64,000 bases of DNA from Candidatus Zixiibacteriota bacterium (GTDB lineage Bacteria; Zixibacteria; MSB-5A5; GN15; FEB-12): assembly GCA_020346225.1 (NCBI GenBank), contig CP070777.1, forward strand, positions 2,554,772-2,618,771, read 5' to 3'. Below are positions 27,644 through 37,531 of the stretch, piece by piece (position 1 is the stretch's first letter; each line of letters opens with the position of its first letter). The translations under genes and the position numbers were made by a program. A model generated the notes under the pieces. The model worked only from the letters and a program-made list of their open reading frames with translations, searched no databases and had not been told where the DNA came from.

Positions 27644-29689
27644 CTACTCGGGTGTCCCGGCGAAATACTCCCCTATTCGGCGTGCCGACCTGTCGATTAT
27701 GGACAAACATCTCTGAAGGTTCTCACCGGTCGGGTTTTCCTTGGACTTGAGCAACTCCACGGAGCCGATTATGCCCGACAGTGAGGACTTGACCCGGTTG
27801 CGCGCCACGGGATCAACACCCTCCGTCGCCTCCGGTCGCCGCGTCTCGCGGTCCGAAGTCGAGCCGGTTTTGCGCCTTCCGCTAAGCGGGATTACCAGTG
27901 ACAGCACCCCGGCAACGGCCGTGACAAACTGGATGTCACCCTGACGGAACTGAAAGCGTTCCCAGCTTCGGGCATCAGCCAGACTGACAGTGGCCACGGT
28001 GGCGGCGTCGATCTTAACCGGCACCAGCAGGGCGGATTTGACGTCCAGGCCGAACACCTGCTGAGCTTCCGGCTGGGTCATTCTCTTGTCGGTGGATTCC
28101 TGATTGATCATCATGGGACGTCCCGTTTCGATGACCAGCTGGTGGTATGGCATCAGCGACAGAATCATGGCACCGCGAGCCGGAGCGACACCGGTAAGAG
28201 GCCGCGCCGACTGCAGAGCCCGCGAAGTCAGGAAGGTGCCCCTCGAATCGACCGTCGATATCCTGACCACGGTGGTCTTGAGGTGCTCGGCGATAAGTTC
28301 CGTGGCCCGTTCGAACACCTGCTGTATCGATTCCATACGGGCGACCTCGGACATGAGATTGTTGACGGCAAACGTCCGGCGCTCGCTGCTGTCCTGTTCC
28401 AGACGGTGTTTCTCCTCGTTACACAAGGCCGCCAGCGCAGACAGGACGGCTTCAAGATAAGCTCGTCGGCGGTTGTCGAAATAATGCGGGGTCTTGCTGC
28501 CAAAGGTCACTACGGCGCTTACCTGAGGGCCGCGCATAACGGGAAGAGCGGCAAAAGTGCTAAGACTCATTCGCGACATGAGTTCGTCTACAGTCGGGTC
28601 ATTCCTGCCGTCCCAATCGTGTACGATAACAGGTCGAACCCCGTCGAAGACGCGCCGGACCACATTGTGGCTGTCATTGAAATCGGCCGCAATCTCCCGC
28701 AGTAACCCGCCCGTCTCCCCCATCGTGTAGCGGTGGACAAGCCCGTTTCGGTGAACCAGCGTCAGGCTGAAGTAATCGAGCGATATCTTCTGGCGGAGAC
28801 ACCCAACCACGGCGGCCATGTTTTCCCGAAAGTCGCTGCGATAATCCAGAGACGATTCGAGGTCATTCTGCCACCGCCTGAGTTCAGCGTAGAAGCCGTT
28901 TTTGACCTTCAACAGGTCGGTATGGATCTTGTGGCCCACGATGTCGCCGACGAGTTTGAGGCCGGTACGATCGTCATCGGAGAGCGTCGCAACGTTTTTA
29001 CCCCAGAGTAGAAACACGCCCGCCAGGTAGCTGTCGGCCATTACGGGAATTATGTGATCGGGCCAGTCGACACTCCCGGGGAGCCTTTCAATCAGTCTCT
29101 TGGGGTCGAGGTCGGCGTCGGTCGCCAGCACGCCGGGGGCTCCGTCAGCAAAGACGATTCCCTTGAGCGAACCCGAGTCGGCGCCCGTAGTATCGACACC
29201 GGCCACATACAGAAGGCCCGCGCTCTTGCGAGAGATCAAATAAGCGGCTCCTTTGGTCAGCTCGTATCCCTCAACCAAATGAGCCAGCGTCTTTTCCACA
29301 ATGGCCGGCGGACGATTCTCAACCCTGACAAGCTGCTCGGTCTTTTTGAGCAGACCCAGGCGCTGAACGCGCTCCCTGTTGTACATCCGGTATGACCGAG
29401 ACAGGGGAGCCCAACTGGAAACTCCGTTGATTAACAGGGCAAGGCCGGTTATGACACCGATACAGAAAACCAGCTTGAAGAACAGGGGGTCTGAAAGGAA
29501 CGGAATTTGGTGAAATGCGCCCAACCCGCTGTAAATTTGGGCCAGTGAGGAAACAGCGAGAACCGTCAGTCCCCCAACAACGTGGTAGTAGCTCTGCCTG
29601 TCCTCGCCGGCGAGATACTTCTTGAATCTCGAAACCGTAATAAGAGCAATTACAAATACAGAAGCTACTACGAGATCTATTAGTGGCAC
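27644..29689 (-). CDS. membrane-bound multi-GAF signalling protein with degenerate DHp-like C-terminus and no kinase domain
   Basis: 681 aa. 3-4 N-terminal TM helices and several GAF-like segments. It ends with NRVKSSLSGIIGSVELL..., a HisKA-like helix with Asn where the phospho-His is expected, and stops ~50 aa later. Confidence 0.65.
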   Translation of the reverse strand: MPLIDLVVASVFVIALITVSRFKKYLAGEDRQSYYHVVGGLTVLAVSSLAQIYSGLGAFHQIPFLSDPLFFKLVFCIGVITGLALLINGVSSWAPLSRSYRMYNRERVQRLGLLKKTEQLVRVENRPPAIVEKTLAHLVEGYELTKGAAYLISRKSAGLLYVAGVDTTGADSGSLKGIVFADGAPGVLATDADLDPKRLIERLPGSVDWPDHIIPVMADSYLAGVFLLWGKNVATLSDDDRTGLKLVGDIVGHKIHTDLLKVKNGFYAELRRWQNDLESSLDYRSDFRENMAAVVGCLRQKISLDYFSLTLVHRNGLVHRYTMGETGGLLREIAADFNDSHNVVRRVFDGVRPVIVHDWDGRNDPTVDELMSRMSLSTFAALPVMRGPQVSAVVTFGSKTPHYFDNRRRAYLEAVLSALAALCNEEKHRLEQDSSERRTFAVNNLMSEVARMESIQQVFERATELIAEHLKTTVVRISTVDSRGTFLTSRALQSARPLTGVAPARGAMILSLMPYHQLVIETGRPMMINQESTDKRMTQPEAQQVFGLDVKSALLVPVKIDAATVATVSLADARSWERFQFRQGDIQFVTAVAGVLSLVIPLSGRRKTGSTSDRETRRPEATEGVDPVARNRVKSSLSGIIGSVELLKSKENPTGENLQRCLSIIDRSARRIGEYFAGTPE

Positions 29690-29966
29690 CTTCGATACCC
29701 TCCAGAATGGCTAAGTCGTTACCATTATCAGGATTATCGGCAGTTCTTAGCCAATAGTTGAGTTACCGTCCCCGATTGGCCCGCCGCGACCAACTATGGC
29801 CTGCCGCCAACATCCGCAGGCCCACTGGTGTAAACCAGTACTTTTGGGAATCCCCTCAACCGCTTGTGTGACAATGTACTATAGTGTTCCAAATGACCCG
29901 GCACCGCCGTTGCAATGATAAGGTCGAAACACATTTCGAATCCTCAGCCATTGAGAGGGAGAGACT

Positions 29967-30710
29967 ATGCAGACAAAGAAGCAAATCTTTATGTTCGCCG
30001 GCCTGGCTCTTCTGCTGGCAACAGCCGGCTGGTATGGTTGCTCCGACGGCACCGTTTCCACCGTTGTGTCCCAGGACGAACTGGCCTCAGGCGGATACGC
30101 CAATGTCTACCTGCCGACGGCAGAGGGATACACTTCCGTATTCAACGTGGTCTACAGCGGCGGCACCGAGGAAATGGTCACAGTGCGGGTGGGTCGGTCC
30201 GTTCAACTCGGGGCTGTCAACGCGATCGAGTGGATCGGTACCAACCAGGGCGTGGCCGACACCGGTTACATTGCCGTAACCAGCGATTGCGTGTACTTCT
30301 ATGAGACTTCCGCTTCGTCGCCGGAGAAAATCATAGAGATGCCGATGACCACCGGTCAGAGCTGGGAGCGTTTTGCCGACTCCGACATCGGTGACGGCGA
30401 CATAACCGACATCATTACCGGCAACGACAAGGATGACGATACCACCGCCACCGATGATCCCTCGGCCAAGGTCTTCCCTTCCGACGGCGGTAATATCATG
30501 ACCGTCGCCGGACGCGAACAGCTCGAGCTTAGTTCCGGCCTGACTTTCTCGGACGTCGTCAAGGTCTACAACGAAGGTTCCGTTCCCAACCGGACAAACT
30601 ACTACTGGTTCGTGGCCAACGTCGGACTGGTGAAATACGTGATAGGCGCCTCGGATAACGGCGGCAGCACCGGCGAGATCGTGGGTGAGCTTTTGGATTA
30701 CGGTTACTAA
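29967..30710 (+). CDS. hypothetical lipoprotein
   Basis: 247 aa. Signal peptide with a lipobox-like ATAGWYGC|S, an Asp/Thr-rich insert, and GAGGGAGAG upstream of the ATG. Confidence 0.6.
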   Translation: MQTKKQIFMFAGLALLLATAGWYGCSDGTVSTVVSQDELASGGYANVYLPTAEGYTSVFNVVYSGGTEEMVTVRVGRSVQLGAVNAIEWIGTNQGVADTGYIAVTSDCVYFYETSASSPEKIIEMPMTTGQSWERFADSDIGDGDITDIITGNDKDDDTTATDDPSAKVFPSDGGNIMTVAGREQLELSSGLTFSDVVKVYNEGSVPNRTNYYWFVANVGLVKYVIGASDNGGSTGEIVGELLDYGY

Positions 30711-30733
30711 GAGAATCTGTGAGATTCGACAGA

Positions 30734-30760
30734 AGCCGGGAGACGTACCCGGCTTTTTTA
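30734..30760 (+). terminator. intrinsic terminator
   Basis: Stem AGCCGGG/CCCGGCT with a 7-nt loop, followed by TTTTTT. It lies 24 nt after the lipoprotein stop. Confidence 0.75.
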
Positions 30761-31414
30761 TTTGGAGAACAGGGAGGGGTGCACGATGCGGGCGTAGTTC
30801 TTGAAGTGAATCTTCGCCACCCGCCTCAGCACATCCGGGCCGTGTTTTCGCAGCAGGCGTCGTCCGGCCTCATCGACCTGAGCCGCCGCCCCGCGCGGCA
30901 GGGGAAAGTCGAGCCCGGCCGAGAGCTTCTCCAGTTCCGCCATGAATCGCGCCCGGGCCAGGATGGAAGCGGCGGCCACCTGCGGCACCGCCTCCCCCCT
31001 GACAATCTGCCGAAGCTTTACCGCTTGTTTTTTCCGGGCCAGGGCGGCTTCGACCAGTTCCGGCTTGCCGAACTTATCGGAGATAGCCATATCAGCGACG
31101 TTCGAAGCGACCAGATCATCAATGGCGCGGGCGTGTCCCTGCGCCAGCATCTTGTTGAGGTTTCTCAGCCTCTCGTAGAGACGGTTGTACTTCTGAGGGG
31201 AAATTACCACCACGCAATGGGCGAAGTCGGACCGGAGGGCACGGTCTATTTCGCGGATTCGGTTATCAGAAATGAGCTTGCCGTCGCGCACACCGAGCGT
31301 TTTGAGCAAGGCGCGCTCCGAGTCATCAGCGAGAAAAGACGCAATCACCAGAGGGCCGAAAAAGTCCCCCTTACCCGACTCATCGACACCGATTATCCGG
31401 CGCGAAGCTGCCAT
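30758..31414 (-). CDS. type-2 ribonuclease H (RNase HII/HIII family)
   Basis: 218 aa. The N-terminal catalytic motif IGVDESGKGDFFGPLVIA carries the GKGD-F/Y-FGP signature usually seen in RNase HIII, but the length is HII-like. Confidence 0.8.
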   Translation of the reverse strand: MAASRRIIGVDESGKGDFFGPLVIASFLADDSERALLKTLGVRDGKLISDNRIREIDRALRSDFAHCVVVISPQKYNRLYERLRNLNKMLAQGHARAIDDLVASNVADMAISDKFGKPELVEAALARKKQAVKLRQIVRGEAVPQVAAASILARARFMAELEKLSAGLDFPLPRGAAAQVDEAGRRLLRKHGPDVLRRVAKIHFKNYARIVHPSLFSK

Positions 31415-31417
31415 GCT

Positions 31418-31978
31418 TCAGTTGGCCCGTTCGAGATAGTCGCCGGTGCGCGTGTCGACCTTGACCTTATCGCCCTCCTTGACAAAGGGCGGCACTTTGA
31501 CAGTGAGGCCGGTGTTGAGTTTGGCCGGCTTGGTAACGTTGGTTACCGTGTCTCCCCTCGCGGCGGGTTCCGTCTCGACGACTTCGAGAATGACCGAGGC
31601 GGGGAGATCAATAGAGATGGCCTCATTATCAAGAAAAAGCACTTTGTATTCTTCATTTTCCAGGATATACCAGCGGGCATCACCAAGACTCTCTACGGGA
31701 ACGGAAACCTGCTCGAAAGTCTGCGAATCCATGAAGGTCATCTCGCCGGCGTTTTCGTAGAGATACTGCATCTTCTTCGATTCCATGTCGGGAGGTTTGA
31801 AAGTATCGTTGCTGGAAAAGACCTTTTCGACGACGGCGCCGGTTTTGATGTGCTTCAGCTTGGTGCGGATATTGGCCTTGCCGCGGCCCATCTTGAAATG
31901 CTGGAACTCCACCACGTAGTATGGTTGATCGTCGACCAGGATGCGCAAGCCTCTGCGAAAATCAGACGGTGAATACAT
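31418..31978 (-). CDS. efp: elongation factor P
   Basis: 186 aa. SDFRRGLRILVDDQPYYVVEFQHFKMGRGKANIRTKLK aligns to the EF-P N-terminal domain. GAGGAGG RBS upstream. Confidence 0.92.
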   Translation of the reverse strand: MYSPSDFRRGLRILVDDQPYYVVEFQHFKMGRGKANIRTKLKHIKTGAVVEKVFSSNDTFKPPDMESKKMQYLYENAGEMTFMDSQTFEQVSVPVESLGDARWYILENEEYKVLFLDNEAISIDLPASVILEVVETEPAARGDTVTNVTKPAKLNTGLTVKVPPFVKEGDKVKVDTRTGDYLERAN

Positions 31979-32059
31979 ATAACCTCCTCGAATTTCGACC
32001 TGAAATATAACAAAAAGCCGATTTTGCCCAAGTGCTTTTTTGAATTCGGGCGCAGCGCT

Positions 32060-33856
32060 TCAAGCGTGCTGCGCGACGGGGTGGGGCCGCTGAACCAGCG
32101 GCAGGGTAACCGTAAAGACGGTGCCGGAATCCGGTCGCGAGTCCACGGTGAGTCTTCCGTCATGGAGGTCGATGATCTTCTTGGCCAAAGGGAGGCCGAG
32201 CCCGGTCCCGGACGGTCGTGAGGAGAAAAACGGCGTGAATATCTTATCGATATCATCCGGGGCAATACCGCAGCCGTAATCCCGCACGCGCACACAGGCA
32301 TGCTCGGCGTCCAGCGACAGGTCGAGATCAATCTGTCCCGGCCCGCCCTTATAGGCATTGACTGCGTTCTCGATGAGGTTCGCCAACGCCTGCTTGATCA
32401 GAAGGCCGTCGATATCAGCCACGATGGCGCCGCCGGTTTCGGTGCTGACCACGACCTCGATATGCTCGTGGTTCGGTTTTATCCGGAATGTCTGCGCCAG
32501 ATCTTCGACCAGTTCGACGAGGTCGACCCGGTCGGGCGAGAAATCAAACGGTCGCGCGAAGTGCAGGAAGCGGTCCACGAGGTCCTCGGCTTCTTTGGTC
32601 TCCTCCTCCAGGGCCGTGATGGAATCGGTTTCGAGGTTGCTTTTCAGCAGCCGTTTCCTGACGAGGTGACAGTAACCCGACATGGCGCCGATGGAGTTGC
32701 GCAACTGATGGGCCAGACCACCGGCCATTTCGCCCAGAGCCGCCAGCCGGTTGCGCGACTCGACCTCGCGCCGGAGGTCCTTTATCTCGGTCAGGTCATT
32801 GATGAGAATGGAGGCACCGATGTTGCTCAGGGTGTCGTCATGGATGGCCGAGATATTGATGCCCAGGGTCAGGTTATCGTCGGAAACGGTTTTCAGGTCG
32901 TACTCCCGGTAGAACTGGCTGTGTTCTCCGCGCAGGACGGCCCGGACGGCAGCAACCACTTCATCGTCTAAGCCGGGCAGGTCGCGAAACGGTTTGCCGG
33001 ACAGGGTCTGCGGGGAAACGTCGAGAATCTTCCCGGTAGCCTCGTTGGCAGAGACTATTTTCCCTTTGACATCGACCATCACGAGACCGGAGGACATCGA
33101 GTTGAGCAAATATTCGTTCAATTGCTCCAGCGAATCGGCTTTCTTCTGGATGGCCCGGTTGAGCAGAACCAGCTGAGATTCCTTTTGCTGCAGCTCGTCG
33201 ATCATATTCTGATATTCGTTCACCAATGCTTCAACGTCATCCGTGGCACCGCCCACGTGCCGCCCGGCATCGAGAGCCTGCTTTTTAATGCGCCGGAAGG
33301 GTGACAGGATTACCCTGAAGAGCAACATATACAGGACGGCGATAGCCAGCACAGCCACCACGTTGACGACAATCAGCGTGCGACTCGAGCTATCCAGATG
33401 GGCCAGTTCGGGCAGTTTCGCGCCGAGCACCAGAAGCTTGTCGCCGAAAGAAGTGGAGAACCGGTAAATATAAAAGTACTCGGATGCCTCGCCGGCAATC
33501 AGCCGCTTGTAATCGCCTGCCTCGACCTTTTTGATAATCTGTTCGGGTAAACCCGTCGCGCCGCTGCCGGCGTCTTCCAGCTCGGACTGCGAAACCAGAT
33601 GCACCGACCTGAGGGAATGGCGATTCTGAAGTTCGGCCCGGAGTGCCGAATCGAGTTGTATCAGGCCTCGTCGTTGAACAATCCGGCCGATAGAGAGAGC
33701 CGAATTGTAGAGCCCGACCGTGCTGCCCAACCGTTCCCTTTCGGCGGCCCGATAAATCACCAGATTAGACCTGAAGTTAAGAACGAGCAGAACAAAGACA
33801 ATGACCAGCAGGCCCAGGTGAACCACGGTTTCGAATTTTCGGCGGGTGAGTTTCAT
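32060..33856 (-). CDS. sensor histidine kinase, NtrB/AtoS-like (TM, PAS, HisKA, HATPase_c)
   Basis: 598 aa with two TM segments and a PAS-like region. H-box LGEMAGGLAHQLRNSIG. G-boxes DYGCGI and GTGLGLPLA. Confidence 0.85.
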   Translation of the reverse strand: MKLTRRKFETVVHLGLLVIVFVLLVLNFRSNLVIYRAAERERLGSTVGLYNSALSIGRIVQRRGLIQLDSALRAELQNRHSLRSVHLVSQSELEDAGSGATGLPEQIIKKVEAGDYKRLIAGEASEYFYIYRFSTSFGDKLLVLGAKLPELAHLDSSSRTLIVVNVVAVLAIAVLYMLLFRVILSPFRRIKKQALDAGRHVGGATDDVEALVNEYQNMIDELQQKESQLVLLNRAIQKKADSLEQLNEYLLNSMSSGLVMVDVKGKIVSANEATGKILDVSPQTLSGKPFRDLPGLDDEVVAAVRAVLRGEHSQFYREYDLKTVSDDNLTLGINISAIHDDTLSNIGASILINDLTEIKDLRREVESRNRLAALGEMAGGLAHQLRNSIGAMSGYCHLVRKRLLKSNLETDSITALEEETKEAEDLVDRFLHFARPFDFSPDRVDLVELVEDLAQTFRIKPNHEHIEVVVSTETGGAIVADIDGLLIKQALANLIENAVNAYKGGPGQIDLDLSLDAEHACVRVRDYGCGIAPDDIDKIFTPFFSSRPSGTGLGLPLAKKIIDLHDGRLTVDSRPDSGTVFTVTLPLVQRPHPVAQHA

Positions 33857-33912
33857 GGCTCTAACCCGTATATCGGCAACAAATTACGAGAGTTAACGGG
33901 GATTCTAAAGGC

Positions 33913-34692
33913 TTAAAGGCCAAGGAAATGAGCTACGTAATAGTCAATTATCTGCTGACCATAGCAGATCGAAAGCACCGCGGCCAGGGCCAGAAACGGA
34001 CCGAACGGGATGGTCCTGGTTTCGCGTAGCCTGGCCGAAAAGATCATGATAACGACCGACACCACCAGACCGATGAAAGCCGAGGCGATAAAGATAAGCA
34101 CTACCTTCTCCCAGCCGAGGAAGGCCCCAAGCATGGCCGAGAGCTTGATGTCGCCGCCGCCCATTGACTCTTTCTTGAACATCCAATCACCGATCACCGC
34201 TATCAGGTAAAGAGCCCCTCCCCCAACCAGCAGGCCTACGAGGGAGTTGACCGGGCCGAGACCGTTTGGCAGAAAAGAGACGGCCAAGCCCACGACAATT
34301 CCGGACAGCGTAATGGAATCCGGGATTATCATGAAGTCGAGGTCAATAAAGAACACCGCAATTAGCGCCGAACCCAGCAGGCTGAATACGAAAAAGGTCG
34401 GCTCAAAACCCAGGCGCCAGAAGAAAAACAAATACAGGGCCGCATTGGCGGCCTCGACCAACGGGTAGCGCAGCGATATGGGCGCGGAGCAGAAGGCACA
34501 GCGGCCGCGCAGGACAAGGTAACTTAACAGCGGTATGTTGTGATACCACTTCAGTTGTCTGCCGCAGCGCGGACAGACGGATCGGGAGAAGGCCAGGCCC
34601 TTTTTTCGCGGCAGGCGGTAGATCACAACATTCAGAAACGACCCCACCGCGAGACCCGCTACTACCACGAGGATGGCAGCAAAGTAATCCAT
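33913..34692 (-). CDS. pilD: prepilin peptidase (A24 family)
   Basis: CPRCG...CAFC zinc-finger pairs, FFIDLDFMIIPD and GGGDIKL catalytic Asp motifs, and multiple TM helices. Confidence 0.9.
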   Translation of the reverse strand: MDYFAAILVVVAGLAVGSFLNVVIYRLPRKKGLAFSRSVCPRCGRQLKWYHNIPLLSYLVLRGRCAFCSAPISLRYPLVEAANAALYLFFFWRLGFEPTFFVFSLLGSALIAVFFIDLDFMIIPDSITLSGIVVGLAVSFLPNGLGPVNSLVGLLVGGGALYLIAVIGDWMFKKESMGGGDIKLSAMLGAFLGWEKVVLIFIASAFIGLVVSVVIMIFSARLRETRTIPFGPFLALAAVLSICYGQQIIDYYVAHFLGL

Positions 34693-34720
34693 GTCAGTAT
34701 TATTATCGGCAGACGGCGAA

Positions 34721-35473
34721 TTATCTCAATTCACCCAGGGAGTTCATTACCAGAGCGCAGATGACGGGACCGGCCGTTTCGGTGCGCAAGATGCGCCTTC
34801 CCAGCGATACTATCGTCACGCCTCTGTCACGCGCCGAAGCGATCTCGTCGTCGGAAAATCCCGACTCCGCGCCGACTATAAGATTGACTCTCTTTGCTCC
34901 CGGTGCCAGAGCGGCGTCACGGAAGGCCGCCGAAGCGCCGGGATGAAAGAGAAGATTGACGGACTCGCCGTCGATTTCCTTCATGTAATTTTCGAAAGTG
35001 ACGGGAGAGGTTATCTCCGGACGCAGCGACCGCCGGGATTGTTTCATGGCCGCCAGGGCGACTTTTTCGTAGCGCGACAATTTGGCCATGGCCCGCCGGG
35101 GATCATCCACCTTTACCGTCGACCTGTCGGTTATGAGCGGAACGAATCGAGAAACGCCCAGCTCGGTGCCTTTCTCGACAACAGTATCGAACTTGCTCCC
35201 GGTCGACAAACCGGTTGCCAGCGTGAGACGCACCTGAGGTTCGCCGAAGTTTCGAATTACGGAATGAATACGGACTTGCACCGGGGCACCTCGCCCCAAC
35301 CGCGTAATCTCTCCGCGGTAAGCGCAACCGAGGCCGTCGGCCAGAATGACGATCTCGCCCTTGCGCAGACGCAGGACTTTGGCCGCGTGATGGCTCTCCG
35401 CGCGCGGCAACACCACGCTATCGCCGTCCACCGGCGCGCCGCCGGTATAGAAAATGTGGGGCTGACTGCTCAT
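34721..35473 (-). CDS. rsmE: 16S rRNA (uracil1498-N3)-methyltransferase
   Basis: 250 aa. N-terminal PUA-like region (ESHHAAKVLRLRKGE) and a C-terminal SPOUT knot (LIVGAESGFSDDE...LGRRILRTETAG). Confidence 0.85.
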   Translation of the reverse strand: MSSQPHIFYTGGAPVDGDSVVLPRAESHHAAKVLRLRKGEIVILADGLGCAYRGEITRLGRGAPVQVRIHSVIRNFGEPQVRLTLATGLSTGSKFDTVVEKGTELGVSRFVPLITDRSTVKVDDPRRAMAKLSRYEKVALAAMKQSRRSLRPEITSPVTFENYMKEIDGESVNLLFHPGASAAFRDAALAPGAKRVNLIVGAESGFSDDEIASARDRGVTIVSLGRRILRTETAGPVICALVMNSLGELR

Positions 35474-36363
35474 GTTTTACGCACCGTAAATGTCCGCCAC
35501 TCGCCGTCGGCCGCAACTTCGAATTCCTTCAAGCCCGAAGCGTCCAGCTGATCAACCATCTCCGGTTCATCGTTGTCCAGCAGGCCGGCCAGAACAAGAT
35601 AACCGCCCGGAGCGGTCAGAGATTCAAGCTCGGCAAGCATATCAAGAATAGTGCTCTTGATAATGTTGACACAAACAAAATCGTATGGGTCATCCCCCCG
35701 GCAGGCCGCGATAGAGCCGTGGACAATGTCGTGCGGAGCATTGACTGAATTAATCAGGAAGTTCTCACCGCAGTTTTCCACAGCGAGAACGTCGGTGTCG
35801 ACGGCCTTTATGTAGCTCGCCCCCATGCGGTCGGCCAGAATCGAGAGTATCCCCGACCCGCAACCGACATCGAGAAATCTCATGCCGGCCCGAAGCTTTT
35901 CGCGAATGGCGACAAGGCAACCTCGAGTGGACTCGTGACTGCCGGTACCGAAAGCCATTCTCGGCTCGATAATCAGATCATACCGTGCCCCGGCCGGCCT
36001 GTCTTTCCAGGGCGGCCGTATCGCGATATCGCCGGCCACAACCAGCGGCTGCACCGAACTGCGATACGCTTCCTCCCACTCGATGGCCTTGATCGCTTTC
36101 TCGCGAATCTCCGGGATGAGGCTCAGACCGGCCTTCATATCGACCAGGCTGGAGAGATACGCGTTGAGCTTGTCCCGAAAGGCGGTCTGGTCGCCACCGG
36201 GCAGATAGAATTTTATGCCGGTGTGGTCACTGCCCTCTTCCTCTTCGAGCACCAGCCCGGAACCGGTAGTTTCAATGATGTAATTACAGACGGCATCAGT
36301 GAGGAGACTGGGGATTTCAAGATGAATTTCAGTGTAGAGACCTGACCCCCGCTCGGCGACCAT
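35470..36363 (-). CDS. prmA: ribosomal protein L11 methyltransferase
   Basis: AFGTGSHESTRGCL and the SAM motif LDVGCGSGILSI. It overlaps the dnaJ stop by 1 nt (TGATG). Confidence 0.88.
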   Translation of the reverse strand: MVAERGSGLYTEIHLEIPSLLTDAVCNYIIETTGSGLVLEEEEGSDHTGIKFYLPGGDQTAFRDKLNAYLSSLVDMKAGLSLIPEIREKAIKAIEWEEAYRSSVQPLVVAGDIAIRPPWKDRPAGARYDLIIEPRMAFGTGSHESTRGCLVAIREKLRAGMRFLDVGCGSGILSILADRMGASYIKAVDTDVLAVENCGENFLINSVNAPHDIVHGSIAACRGDDPYDFVCVNIIKSTILDMLAELESLTAPGGYLVLAGLLDNDEPEMVDQLDASGLKEFEVAADGEWRTFTVRKT

Positions 36364-37520
36364 CAGACCCCCAGCGTTTCGCGCAGTTTCTCGAAGAACG
36401 ATTTCCCCGCTTTGGGCGGCGTGAACGACTCGGAAGCAGCCAGCTTTTCGACGAGCTTCTTATCCTCGTCGCTCAGTTTGGTGGGGACCCAGACGGCGAT
36501 GCGGACGAGCTGGTCGCCGCGGCCGGTGCTGTGAAGGTGCGGGATGCCCTGGCCGCGCATTTTTAATGTCTTCCCGGGCTGGGTGCCAGCCGGGATTCTG
36601 ATTTTCGCGTTACCGTTGAGAGTGGGAACGGTAACGGTACCGCCGAGAGCGGCCGTGGTGAAGGAGATGGGCAGTTCGCAGAGGACATGGTCACCATGGC
36701 GCGTGAAGAACTCATGTTCGGATTCTTCGAAGACGGCGATCAGGTCACCCGGCTCACCCTGGTTCGGGGCGGCGTTCCCCTTATTCTCGATGGTCATGTA
36801 GTTGCCGCTGGACACCCCGGCCGGGACGTGGATGGTGATCTGCGAGGAGCCGCGTACGCGGCCCTCTCCCCGGCAGGTTTTACACGGGTCGGCTATTATT
36901 TCGCCGGTACCGCGACACATGTTACAGGTGGTGACCTGCTGGACGGTACCGAGAAACGTCCGGGAAATCGTGCGCACCTGACCGCTCCCCTTGCACTGGG
37001 GGCAGGGCTTTCGGGAAGAACCGGCGGCCACCCCGGAGCCGCCGCAGGTGTCACAGCCCACCAGGCGTTTGACTTTGACGGATTTCTCGACGCCGTGGGT
37101 GATTTCCTCAAGCGTTAACTTTATCCTGATACGGAGATCCTCACCGCGATTGCGCCGCCGCCGGGTTCCGCCTCCGCCGACGCCGAAGAAATCGTCGAAA
37201 ATAGAGCTGCCGCCGAAGTCGCGCATAAAAGCGCGCAGGGCATCGCCGAGATCGAACCCTTCAAAACCGCCGAAACCGCCGAACCCGGCGCCCTGGCCCA
37301 CCCCGGCGTGGCCGAACTGATCGTAGGCCTGACGTTTCTGCGGGTCCTTGAGGACTTCGTAGGCCTCGGTCGCTTCCTTGAATTTTTCCTCGGCCTCCTT
37401 ATCACCCGGATTTCGGTCCGGGTGATATTTCATGGCGAGCTTTCGGTAGGCCGACTTGACCTGATCCTCGCCGGACCCCCGATCAACACCCAGAATTTCG
37501 TAGTAGTCTCTTTTTGCCAT
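36363..37520 (-). CDS. dnaJ: molecular chaperone DnaJ
   Basis: J-domain with HPD ([10 protein letters not shown]), a G/F region, and four CxxCxGxG zinc repeats. Confidence 0.95.
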   Translation of the reverse strand: MAKRDYYEILGVDRGSGEDQVKSAYRKLAMKYHPDRNPGDKEAEEKFKEATEAYEVLKDPQKRQAYDQFGHAGVGQGAGFGGFGGFEGFDLGDALRAFMRDFGGSSIFDDFFGVGGGGTRRRRNRGEDLRIRIKLTLEEITHGVEKSVKVKRLVGCDTCGGSGVAAGSSRKPCPQCKGSGQVRTISRTFLGTVQQVTTCNMCRGTGEIIADPCKTCRGEGRVRGSSQITIHVPAGVSSGNYMTIENKGNAAPNQGEPGDLIAVFEESEHEFFTRHGDHVLCELPISFTTAALGGTVTVPTLNGNAKIRIPAGTQPGKTLKMRGQGIPHLHSTGRGDQLVRIAVWVPTKLSDEDKKLVEKLAASESFTPPKAGKSFFEKLRETLGV

Positions 37521-37531
37521 CAGAGCTAAGG

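Noticed and set aside
30719-31972. A 417-aa plus-strand ORF spanning the antisense of both the RNase H gene and efp.
   Set aside because: It crosses an intergenic boundary of two clearly real minus-strand genes. It has no RBS and no recognisable domain, so it is a composition artefact.
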